Shown here piece by piece: positions 17,175-27,000 of a stretch of DNA of 32,000 nt. The first letter of the stretch is position 1, and each line of letters starts with the position of its first letter. Location: assembly GCA_045598005.1 (NCBI GenBank), contig JAZLLF010000021.1, positions 19,952 to 51,951 on the forward strand, given 5' to 3'. The notes under the pieces were generated by a model that saw only the letters and a program-made list of their open reading frames with translations, was not told the DNA's origin and made no database searches. The position numbers and the translations under genes were made by a program. The DNA is from Saccharofermentans sp. (GTDB lineage: Bacteria > Bacillota > Clostridia > Saccharofermentanales > Saccharofermentanaceae).

Positions 17175-19319
17175 ATGAGAAAGTTTAAGGATATTTGTTT
17201 AAAAACTGTAGCGAGTCTGATTTCTGCTTTTATAGGATTGTCCGTTTATTCTGGAGTGTCAGGTAATTTTGTTGCTGCAGATCCAGTTGACACTATTTCA
17301 CGTGCTATTAATGTTGTTTATGATGATTCTGACAGCATGTATTTTTGTGGTGGTACTGAAGGATATGATGTAGATACATGGTGCCAGGCCAAGTATTCAA
17401 TGGAAGTATTTGCTGCCATGCTTGGCGCAAATGATACCATGAATATTTATTACATGAGTGATTATGACGAATCTGAATCTGCACCTGCAAGAATCAGTAT
17501 TTCAGGTAGTGATGATGTATCTGAAAATATTTCAAAGATTCATAATGAGACAACTACACCTGGTGGAACATCCTTGAATTCAATCCGTAAGGCTTGCTCT
17601 GATCTTGAATCAGCATCTGCTGATGAGAAGTGGCTTGTTGTTCTTACTGACGGTGTAATTGATGATAATCCTGTTTCTACCACTTTTGTAAATGAGTATT
17701 TCCATGGAAAATCAGATGATATAACTGTTTTGTTCCTTGCTATTGGTGAGTATTCAAGAACAATTATGACAGAACCTAATTATGGTATTTATAGTTTCCT
17801 TGCTAATTCAAACGATGAGATTTTCGATTATGTAATGCTTATGTGTAACTGGATCTATAGTGCCAATACACTTGATGTAAATGTTTCTACAGGTGAGTTT
17901 TCCACAGATCTTCCTTTGAAGCAGGTAATTGTATTTGCTCAGGGTGAAGATGTAACAGTTAACGGTATCGGTGCTTTGGAGCCTGACAGAGATGTTCAGA
18001 TTAATTATAGTGAATGTGATGCTGTAACACGTGATAATGAACCTGATACTTCACTTCACGGTACTGTTGCAACATTTATAAGTTCATTTGATCCAGGCAC
18101 ATATACTATTGATGCTACAAATGCTGAAACACTTCAGGTTTACTTTGTTCCTGATGTGGATATTATGGTTTCATTTACTGATACAAATGGAAATTCTGTT
18201 ATTAATGCTTCTGAACTTGAAGCAGGTTACTATAATTATGAGATTTCTCTTGTAAGAGGTGGGACTAACGAAGTAATTACTAATTCGACACTTCTTGGAG
18301 AACTTGCTTATTCTGTTAATGTGACAATCGGAGATTATGCAATCAGATATAATGATCCATCAGGCTCTATTCAGCTTGCAGGTGGAGACACTGAACTTGA
18401 GTTCCGTGTTAAGTTTTTGGGCTACAGCCAGGTGTCTTTGACTCATTCATACGTTGTAAATGTTCCTGAGGTTGTTTCTGGTAACAGCACTATTACTTTC
18501 GAAGTTGTTGATAATCCTGTTTTTGATGTGTCTTCAGAGGGCATTACTACAGGCGAAGGAATTAAGATTCATGCACTTATCAATGGACGTGAATTTACTC
18601 AGAGTGAATGGGATTTCCTGGATGTTCCAGTTATTACTTTTGGTAATGATGTAAATAACTTAAAACTTACTCCAACTATGCTTACTAAGAGTGACGAATT
18701 AGGAATTTTTGTTCTTGTTCCAACACTTGATGGTGAGCCTTCTTCATCATCTTATAAGGAATTAACTTATTCTATTTCAATTTCACAAAGTGCAGGTGAA
18801 CTTCAGACCTGGGAAGGCTCAATGGAAGGAAAGATTGAGTTTAATGATTTAAGAAGCTTTGGCGATCGTAATACCAGAGCAATCATCACTACTGTAGTTA
18901 TTGTTCTTTTGTTAGCATTTGCCATGCTTTATATGCCTTTTATTAAGCATTACATGCCAGGCATGAGTAAGTATCCTAGAATTAATATTTCCAACTATGC
19001 TACAGGTTCAGATTCTATTTCAAAGGGCGAAGTAACTATTGATATTTTGAGTACTATCCTTCCTGTTGTTCCTCAGAAGGGTAATATTTCCTTTATTCCA
19101 AGTTCAGTACCAATTCCATCTTTCAGAGTTAAAGCTGTTGGTAATGGCAGAATGGAAATCGAGAACGTAAAGGATTTTGCAAAGTATAATATTAGTGTCG
19201 GATCAAAGAATCTCGCTGAAGAAGTTAGAGAAAATGAGGGCGTAAAGGTAACATTAGGAGCTTCAACTACAATTGATACTGTATATAGGAAGACAGATTA
19301 TACTTGTGTTTTGAAGTAA
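17175..19319 (+). CDS. vWA-domain membrane protein, paralogue 1 (signal peptide - vWA/MIDAS - beta-rich region - TM - cytoplasmic tail)
   Basis: N-terminal signal MRKFKDICLKTVASLISAFIGLSVYSGV. MIDAS D50-D-S52-D-S54 (nt 17322-17336), GGTSLNS and VVLTDG. TM AIITTVVIVLLLAFAMLYMPFI (~18879-18945), then a ~125-aa tail. ATG 17175 follows GGGTGAG. Confidence 0.8.
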   Translation: MRKFKDICLKTVASLISAFIGLSVYSGVSGNFVAADPVDTISRAINVVYDDSDSMYFCGGTEGYDVDTWCQAKYSMEVFAAMLGANDTMNIYYMSDYDESESAPARISISGSDDVSENISKIHNETTTPGGTSLNSIRKACSDLESASADEKWLVVLTDGVIDDNPVSTTFVNEYFHGKSDDITVLFLAIGEYSRTIMTEPNYGIYSFLANSNDEIFDYVMLMCNWIYSANTLDVNVSTGEFSTDLPLKQVIVFAQGEDVTVNGIGALEPDRDVQINYSECDAVTRDNEPDTSLHGTVATFISSFDPGTYTIDATNAETLQVYFVPDVDIMVSFTDTNGNSVINASELEAGYYNYEISLVRGGTNEVITNSTLLGELAYSVNVTIGDYAIRYNDPSGSIQLAGGDTELEFRVKFLGYSQVSLTHSYVVNVPEVVSGNSTITFEVVDNPVFDVSSEGITTGEGIKIHALINGREFTQSEWDFLDVPVITFGNDVNNLKLTPTMLTKSDELGIFVLVPTLDGEPSSSSYKELTYSISISQSAGELQTWEGSMEGKIEFNDLRSFGDRNTRAIITTVVIVLLLAFAMLYMPFIKHYMPGMSKYPRINISNYATGSDSISKGEVTIDILSTILPVVPQKGNISFIPSSVPIPSFRVKAVGNGRMEIENVKDFAKYNISVGSKNLAEEVRENEGVKVTLGASTTIDTVYRKTDYTCVLK

Positions 19320-19324
19320 ATATC

Positions 19325-21541
19325 ATGCGTAAAATCAAAGAATCATTTGTAAAAGTAACTATCTTTATTTTGACAGTAGCAGTTTTGTTTCCAGCTTTTT
19401 TGGGAATAACTGCTACGCCTGTACTTGCCGATTCCGGAAATGGCATTAACAGAGTAATTAATGTCGTATTTGATGATTCCGGAAGTATGTATTACGATGA
19501 TTTTTCCATTACATCTCTTAAAAGATGGAGTCAGGCGTTATATTCATTGGAAGTATTTGCAGCAATGCTTGGACCAAACGATACAATGAATGTCTATATG
19601 ATGAGTGATTTCAGTCCTTATAGCAGTACTGACTTAAGCGAAAGTGCTATCGCTGCATTATCCGGTCCTAACTTTGTTCTTCATGGTTCTTCAAGCAGCG
19701 AAACTAACATTCAGACAATACACAGATTTACAAGTTACAGTAATGGTACTCCTTTTACTACAGTTCGTAAGGCGTTATATGATCTTGAGCATACTTCTGC
19801 TGATGATAAGTGGCTTGTTGTACTTACAGATGGTACTTTTCAGGAAAATGGTGGCGATTATCTTGAGCAGTCAAGAGTTGACCAGTATATTCAGGATAAA
19901 TCAGATGATGTAAAAGTATGTTGCCTTGCTCTTGCAGATGGTACATTGAATCTTCCAACTCAGGTTGAGAGCCAGAACATCTTTTCAAGTGAAGCTAATT
20001 CAGGCCATGAGATTCTTGTAAAAATTACAGATATTATTTCAAGAGTTTTTAATTTGAATAAACTTCAGATTAATAATGATGCTGTCTCTTTTAATCTTCC
20101 TATGTCAGAGCTTATCGTATTTGCTCAGGGAAGTAATGTTAATATTGGAAATATTACAGATTCTTCCGGAGGAAACTATTCAGGGCAACAGGTTGATGTC
20201 AGCTATCGAGCTGAAAGTAATTCAACGAGATATCCTGAAGCTCCAACTGATGATACCCTGAGAGGCTGTGTTTCAGTTTGCAGAGGTGATTTTGTACCTG
20301 GTACTTATAATATTGATGTTTCAGGCGCAGATACTGTAGAAGTTTTCTATAAGCCAAATATTGATATTCTTATAACTGCAGAAGATCAGAATGGAAATGT
20401 ATATATAGCAGATTCAAGTGTTCCTTCTGGCCAGTACACAATTACATATACTCTTGTAAAGGGTGGAACAACTGAGCCAATTGAGGATACTTCACTTATT
20501 GATCCGATTAACTATACTGCAACTATTGATGGTAATACATTTCAAAATGGTGATACCGTTCAGTTGGAAGAAGGCGATCATGCAATTGTTGTAGAAGGTC
20601 GTTATCTGGAAATTAACAGAATTACAGCTGAAGTTAATTTGACATGTAACCTTACAGCAGTTCCTGTTACTTTCGAAGTTTCTTCTTCAGATCCATATGA
20701 AATTGGCGCAGATTCTGTAGATACATCAAATCCAATAACTGTTCATGCCAAAATTGACGGAAGGGAGTTTACTCCTGAGGAATGGGCAGCTATGGGAATT
20801 CCTGAGGTTACACTCACAAAGAATGCCAGCAAGTATAAGCTTGTTAATCCTTCAATAGTTAAGACTGATGATGTTGGATATTTCGAAGTGTATTTTGAAG
20901 TTAAGGGTGCGCCTGCTGATGCTCTTTATACTGAGGCTTTATTCCAGCTTTCATACTCTGAACAGTGTGTTGAGGGCGAGCTTTGGGAAGGTTCTTTTGA
21001 AGGAACTATTGAATTTGACGATGAGAGATCTTGGTACGACAGATATAAGGATAAGATTCTTCTTGCAATCATTATTGCAGTTATTCTTCTTATTATTTTG
21101 ATGTATATGCCATTTGTTAAGCATTATCTTCCAAAGATGAAGAAGTATCCTACAATTGAAATTGAGAACAGAGCGTTGTTCAAAAATTCAACTTCAAAGG
21201 GATCAGTTAAGAAAGATATACTTACAACAATCCTTCCACTTGTACCACAGACAGGTACAATTACGTACATACCTAAGACTTCAGCTGTACCAAAAACTGC
21301 TCCTTTACGTGTAAGAGCTGTAGGTAACGGCAGGATGATAATAACAAACCAGTCTGTATTCGAGCAGAAGGGATGTCCTGTATCCTTTAGTGGCCGTTCA
21401 CTTATCAAAGATGAGTTTGATGAAGAAGGTACACCTAACAGGAAGCGAAAGCCAAAACCATATATGATGTCAGCAGGAACAGTAATTGAAGTAGATTATG
21501 CAAAGAAAAGGGAATACTATTCCTGTTGTCCTAGAAGATAA
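19325..21541 (+). CDS. vWA-domain membrane protein, paralogue 2
   Basis: Same architecture as paralogue 1. Signal peptide ends ...PVLA/DS. MIDAS VVFDDSGSMY, NGTPFTT, VVLTDG. TM ILLAIIIAVILLIILMYMPFV. Tail ends YYSCCPRR. ATG 19325 chosen over tracked TTG 19304 by analogy with paralogue 1 (MRK...). Confidence 0.8.
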   Translation: MRKIKESFVKVTIFILTVAVLFPAFLGITATPVLADSGNGINRVINVVFDDSGSMYYDDFSITSLKRWSQALYSLEVFAAMLGPNDTMNVYMMSDFSPYSSTDLSESAIAALSGPNFVLHGSSSSETNIQTIHRFTSYSNGTPFTTVRKALYDLEHTSADDKWLVVLTDGTFQENGGDYLEQSRVDQYIQDKSDDVKVCCLALADGTLNLPTQVESQNIFSSEANSGHEILVKITDIISRVFNLNKLQINNDAVSFNLPMSELIVFAQGSNVNIGNITDSSGGNYSGQQVDVSYRAESNSTRYPEAPTDDTLRGCVSVCRGDFVPGTYNIDVSGADTVEVFYKPNIDILITAEDQNGNVYIADSSVPSGQYTITYTLVKGGTTEPIEDTSLIDPINYTATIDGNTFQNGDTVQLEEGDHAIVVEGRYLEINRITAEVNLTCNLTAVPVTFEVSSSDPYEIGADSVDTSNPITVHAKIDGREFTPEEWAAMGIPEVTLTKNASKYKLVNPSIVKTDDVGYFEVYFEVKGAPADALYTEALFQLSYSEQCVEGELWEGSFEGTIEFDDERSWYDRYKDKILLAIIIAVILLIILMYMPFVKHYLPKMKKYPTIEIENRALFKNSTSKGSVKKDILTTILPLVPQTGTITYIPKTSAVPKTAPLRVRAVGNGRMIITNQSVFEQKGCPVSFSGRSLIKDEFDEEGTPNRKRKPKPYMMSAGTVIEVDYAKKREYYSCCPRR

Positions 21542-21547
21542 GTTATA

Positions 21548-21580
21548 GCACCAGATTCAGTAATGGGTCTGGTGTTTTGC
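21548..21580 (+). terminator. rho-independent terminator between vWA paralogues 2 and 3
   Basis: CACCAGA (21549-21555), a 12-nt loop, TCTGGTG (21568-21574), then TTTT (21575-21578). Confidence 0.6.
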
Positions 21581-21687
21581 TTCCCCCTGAAATTGTTAGA
21601 TTTCTTTTTGCGCTAATATGTAGATACAAAAACAGGCATTTGCATGATTTGTTTAATTATTATTTACATTTAAAGTGGTTTTTCAAA

Positions 21688-21715
21688 GAAAACAGGAGCC
21701 TGAATTTTGTATAAT
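21688..21715 (+). promoter_or_regulatory. candidate promoter for vWA paralogue 3 / tubulin-like operon (TG-TATAAT)
   Basis: TGTATAAT at 21708-21715, about 65 nt upstream of ATG 21779. The -35 is weak (GAAAACA region). A similar module (AAAACAGG...TTTGTTTAAT) sits at 21628-21657. Confidence 0.3.
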
Positions 21716-21778
21716 TATTTACTGAGGATATATGTGTAATTATATTTTGTATCTTCATCAGGGAGCAGAGGGAACTTT

Positions 21779-24016
21779 ATGAACTATTCAGTATCTATTA
21801 ATCGTAAAAAATGTGCAGCACTGTTTGTTGTACTTATTTATACATTGATTTCTTTTGTCTGCATTACTATTCCTGCGGAAGATGTATTGGCAGTTCGTAC
21901 AGAACCAAATCGTGTGATTAATGTCGTATATGATGATTCCGGTAGTATGTACATTAATACTAATCGTTGGAGTCAGGCTCTTTATTCATTGGAAGTATTT
22001 GCTGCGATGCTTGGCGATAACGATACAATGAACGTTTATTACATGAGTAATTATTCAACAAACTCAGATACATTTGATTATACTGGTGATGTTTCTGGTT
22101 ATGAAGGTCCATCTCTTGTGCTTCATGGAAGCAGTGGAGCAGAGAATAATGTAGCTGCTGTTCATAACAGAATTACTCAGAATGCTACAGGTACTCCTTG
22201 GGCAGCTGTAAGAAAGGCTCAGTATGATCTTGAGAATACATCAGCAGATGAGAAGTGGCTTGTAATTCTTACTGATGGTGCTTTCGAAGATGGAAGTATT
22301 CCTGTTTCAGATATGGACATGTATTTGAATCAGAAGTCAGATGATATTAGTGTTGTCTGTCTTGCTCTTGCAAATGTATCATCAACTCCTACAAACAATG
22401 AGGCAAATAATATTTATGTAGATACTGTTTCTGGATCAGAAAGTATTTTAAGTAAGATTACAGATGTAATTACAAGAGTATTTAATTCAAATAAGCTTCC
22501 AAATATTAGTAATAATAGTGTTTCTTTTGGACTTCCAATGAGTGAACTCATTGTATTTGCACAGGGTGCAGATGTTGAGATTAATGGAATTTCTGATTCA
22601 AATGGAAATTCATATTCAGCACGTCCAGTAGATGTAATCCATAGAGACGATTCGAATGCGGCTAACTATCGAAATGCTACTACAGATACTTCTCTTAAAG
22701 GTCAGCTTGCTATTTTCCGTGGCGATTTTAATCCAGGTACATATAATTTTGATGTTACTGGAGCTCAGACACTTGAAGTATTCTATAAGCCAAATGTTGA
22801 GATTATGGCTTTCCTTACTGATCCTGTAACAGGTGAAGAGATACCTGCAGATTCAGCTATTTATCCAGGTACATACACAGTTGAGTTTGTATTTGTTAAG
22901 GCTGGTACAACAGAGAAGGTTGAAGATATTTCACTTATTGAGCCAGTTGAATATTATGCAACATTCGATGGAAATACAGAGATTTCAAGTGGTGATACTG
23001 TTGAGATTGATATAGGTAATCACTCAATTCATGCTGAAGCGAGATTCCTTGACTATAACGTAGTAGAGACAGATATTGATGTTGTTTGTACTGCTGAACC
23101 AACAAACACTCCAACACCTACACCTGAAGGTTCTGTAATACCAGTAACTTTTGAGGTTATCAGTAGTGATGATTATGTGGTAAGCGAAGATTCAGTTGAT
23201 ACTTCAGAGCCAATTATAGTTCATGCTCTTCTTGATGGAAGAGAGTTCACATCTGAAGAGTGGGCACTCATGACAGAACCGGAAATTGAGCTTACAACTA
23301 ATGCCAGAAAGTATAAGCTTACAAATCCTCAAATTACAAAGCTCGATACAATTGGAGATTTTGAAGTAACATTTGAAGTTAATGGCGCTCCAGCAGATGA
23401 CACTTATGATTCAGCAGTATTTAGTCTTACATATCGTCAGGAAATTGATGAATGGACTACATGGGCAGGCGATTATGAAGGCGATATTAATTTTAGCGAT
23501 GATCGTTCGTGGTTAGAAAGATATAAAGATAAGTTAATTGCTGGCATAATTATCGGTCTTGCAGCTCTTCTCATTCTTTTATATATGCCATTCATTAAGC
23601 ATTATCTTCCTAAGATGAAGAAGTACCCAACTGTTGAGATTGATGATCGCGCTATTTTTAAACAGTCGACTTCAAAGGGAGCAGTCAAGAAAGATATATT
23701 AACTACAATTCTTCCTTTGATTCCACAGACAGGAACAATTAATTATCTTCCATCGACTGCGTCAGTTCCAAAGACAGCCCCTCTTAAAGTTAAGGCTGCT
23801 GGTGGCGGAAAGATGATAATTACAAATCAGTCAGTATTTGAACAGAAGGACTGTCCTGTAACGTTCAGTGGACGCACACTTGTGAAAGATGATTTTGATG
23901 TAGATAACACAAAGAAGAAGCGTAAATCGAAGCCATATTATCTTACAGGTGGCACAGTGATTGAAGTTGATCATACGAAGAAGAAGATAACATATTCATG
24001 TTGTCCAAAAAGATAA
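21779..24016 (+). CDS. vWA-domain membrane protein, paralogue 3
   Basis: Very similar to paralogue 2: NRVINVVYDDSGSMY, RWSQALYSLEVFAAMLG, WLVILTDG. It has an extra TNTPTPTPEG linker. TM LIAGIIIGLAALLILLYMPFI. Tail ends TYSCCPKR. RBS is GAGGGA. Confidence 0.8.
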   Translation: MNYSVSINRKKCAALFVVLIYTLISFVCITIPAEDVLAVRTEPNRVINVVYDDSGSMYINTNRWSQALYSLEVFAAMLGDNDTMNVYYMSNYSTNSDTFDYTGDVSGYEGPSLVLHGSSGAENNVAAVHNRITQNATGTPWAAVRKAQYDLENTSADEKWLVILTDGAFEDGSIPVSDMDMYLNQKSDDISVVCLALANVSSTPTNNEANNIYVDTVSGSESILSKITDVITRVFNSNKLPNISNNSVSFGLPMSELIVFAQGADVEINGISDSNGNSYSARPVDVIHRDDSNAANYRNATTDTSLKGQLAIFRGDFNPGTYNFDVTGAQTLEVFYKPNVEIMAFLTDPVTGEEIPADSAIYPGTYTVEFVFVKAGTTEKVEDISLIEPVEYYATFDGNTEISSGDTVEIDIGNHSIHAEARFLDYNVVETDIDVVCTAEPTNTPTPTPEGSVIPVTFEVISSDDYVVSEDSVDTSEPIIVHALLDGREFTSEEWALMTEPEIELTTNARKYKLTNPQITKLDTIGDFEVTFEVNGAPADDTYDSAVFSLTYRQEIDEWTTWAGDYEGDINFSDDRSWLERYKDKLIAGIIIGLAALLILLYMPFIKHYLPKMKKYPTVEIDDRAIFKQSTSKGAVKKDILTTILPLIPQTGTINYLPSTASVPKTAPLKVKAAGGGKMIITNQSVFEQKDCPVTFSGRTLVKDDFDVDNTKKKRKSKPYYLTGGTVIEVDHTKKKITYSCCPKR

Positions 24017-24056
24017 ATAAAAACAATTTAATTCATATAAACTAAGGAGGCAGTTT

Positions 24057-27000
24057 ATGAACGCACCAACACTATTGATCGGTCTGGGTGGTACAGGAAG
24101 CAAGATTATTTCAAAAGTATCTGCAATGGTATCTCCAGAGGAGAGAAACAATATCTCATTTGCTGTATTTGATACAGATATTAATGAGCTACGTGTAATT
24201 CAGGAAACACATCCATTTATTAAGACAATTCAGACATCTACACGTCAGGCTGTAGGTGAGTATCTTAATATTGATACACATGCCAGAGATACATGGTTCC
24301 CAGTTAATGGAATTCTTAATGGTAAGGCTCTTTCAGAGGGAGCTGGACAGGTAAGATCTATTTCAAGACTTGCTCTTGAGACTGCAATCAGATCAGGTAA
24401 GATGGAGCCACTTCATGAGGCTGTTCAGGAGCTTTATAAGGTTGAGGAAGATAAGCAGGAGCAGGCTTTAAGAGTTGTAATTGTAAGTTCTCTTGCTGGT
24501 GGTACTGGTTCAGGACTTATTCTTCCAGTAGCTTTATATGTTAGAAATTATCTTAAGACTCACTTCCGTTTGAGCGCTAACATTACACGTGGTTTCTTTA
24601 TTCTTCCAGAAGTATTCTATGGTGTAATTAAGGGACCAACAGAGAGAAATAATCTTAAGGCAAATGCTTATGCTGCAATCAGAGAGCTTGATGCATTCCT
24701 TATGAAGAATGACGATACTCTCCACGAGAGATATAAGGATTCAGTTGCTATTCACTTCCCTAAGGTAGCTTCTGAAGGTTATGAAGAGTATGACGTAAGA
24801 CCTTATGATTTCTGCTTCCTCTTTGATGCTCAGAACGCTGAAGGTGGAAAGCTCAATTCATTTGATCAGTATTTGGATCACGCCGCTAACTGTATCTACG
24901 CTCAGTCAATTGGACCTATGAATAAGCGTAGTAACTCTTCTGAGGATAATACAATCCGTAAGCTTGCTAAGGAGCATGGCCGTAACAGATATGCTGGTGC
25001 TGGTGTATCTATGCTTGTATATCCATTTGAAGACATTAAGAAGCTCTTTGCTCTTAAGTGGGCTAAGCAGAGTGTTTCTTCTTTGTGGCTTAAGTACGAT
25101 AACCTCTATAAGGAGTACGTAAAGGACAGAGCTTCTCTTCGTGAGGAGGGTCTTTCAATTGGTGATAACCAGACACTTGCAGAGTACTATGTAAGTCAGG
25201 TTGAGTCTGATAATGCTGCTGATGTACCTTTTGCAAGAGCAATCTATGTTGCATCTGGTAACTACCGTAATGGTGTTACACGTGAGACAGATAAGTGGGA
25301 TATGTACGTTGCTGAACTTATGAATAAGATTGGTGAGGACATTTCTTCTACTGCTTCAAGCCTTGATTCACGTGCAAGAGACGTTAGATCACGTATTAAT
25401 GAGCTTGGTCAGGATAAGGACTGGTCAACATTTATTACTGTTTATAACGATATGCAGGAGTACGCGCTCCTTTCAGAGCAGTATGTAACAAATGTTTCTC
25501 AGACAATTGCACATTCACTTTTCAGAGGATCACATACAAGTGGTGCTAATAACTGCGAGCAGCCATATAAGCTTGAGTACTATATCGCTCCAGAAGGAAA
25601 GTACATGCATCCAAACGCTGCAAGATATCTCCTTATCAAGATTCTTGAGCGCATGAAGGAAACAAAGATGTCTGTAGAGCAGGGCAAGGTAAAGAGCAAG
25701 AAGTTCTTTGAGACATTCGAAAAGAATACTTTCGATGATACAAAGACAGATGCTGAGGAGACAGTTGATGATCTCGCTAGAAGAAAGAAGTCTCTTAATA
25801 CTAAGGCTGATATGACTCAGATGGCAGATGACTTCTCTAACTACCTTACAATTGTTAAAAAGTATCAGGCACAGTGTGCTCAGGATTACGTACTCATGAA
25901 GGGTATCGAATATATTGAAACACTTATCAATTCTTATGAGCAGTTCTTTATGTCTTTCGAGAGCAAGGTTGAAGGCATGGATAAGGAAATTGCAAATATT
26001 TATAAGAAGTATAGTGATACTAAGGGTACAACTGTAAGATACGTATCTGCCAGCAAGGATTGCCTTGATAAGATGTACGAAAAGAAGCCTTACACAGGTG
26101 GTGTTGTTTCTATCGATTCAAAGCTTGCACAGACAATTTATGATCAGGTTCTTGAGTATTCACTCTTAAGAGAGAAGCCAAATGCTAACAGATACTTCAA
26201 TAAGCTCTTCGATGATGGCATTATTGGATACTTCGAGGATAGCGTTATGAACAGCTACGGTGCTGAACTTGATATTGATGCTATTACTGCTTTGCAGAAC
26301 GAAGCTGATTATATTGGTGGTTTTGATGATGCTGATGATGCTGATAAGCTCATTATTCAGTATGTTAAGAAGGTAATCGAGGATACAAGAAAGCTTGCTT
26401 GTCCATTTATTGAGAGACCTCTTGGTGAGACAACAGATCCAATTAACTCATGTACATTTAATAAGTCACTTAAGCCTGATAAGGGTGATGAGTCACCTAT
26501 CTCACAGATTATCAGAAGTGAACTTCTTGATTACGGCGGAGAGGCTGATGAGGATGTACCAAGAAAGATGATTATGTTCTATTCTTCTTTCTATGGTTTG
26601 AGAGCTAATGATCTTAGTAAGTTTGCTCCACCTGAGAAGACAGAAACATATAACAGAACTGGCGGTGAATACTTCAAGGCTTACTTCGATCTTATTCAGG
26701 GAATCCACCCATCTTCACAGAAGAGTAAGGGAATTTCTCCACACTGTGATCGTTGGTGGCATATCATTACAAAGATGCCAGATCTTGATGAAGAGAATCA
26801 GGCTAAGCAGGAGTATGATATCTATTCTGCATTCTTCTGGGCTTTCTACTACAGATTTGTAAGCCTTAAGAGTGAGAATAATAAGCAGATTTATAAGTTC
26901 TCAAAGCTCCTTCTTGATATGGATGATGACACTCTTATCGTTTCTAACGGTACAGATTGTGACAAGTTCTACGAGGTTCTTGACGCTATTGCTATCTATC

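Noticed and set aside
21732-21782. 16-codon uORF (MCNYILYLHQGAEGTL) whose TGA overlaps the ATG of vWA paralogue 3 (ATGA)
   Set aside because: The SD-like GAGGA is only 3 nt from its ATG, the peptide has no notable features, and such short frames are expected by chance in a 237-bp AT-rich spacer.
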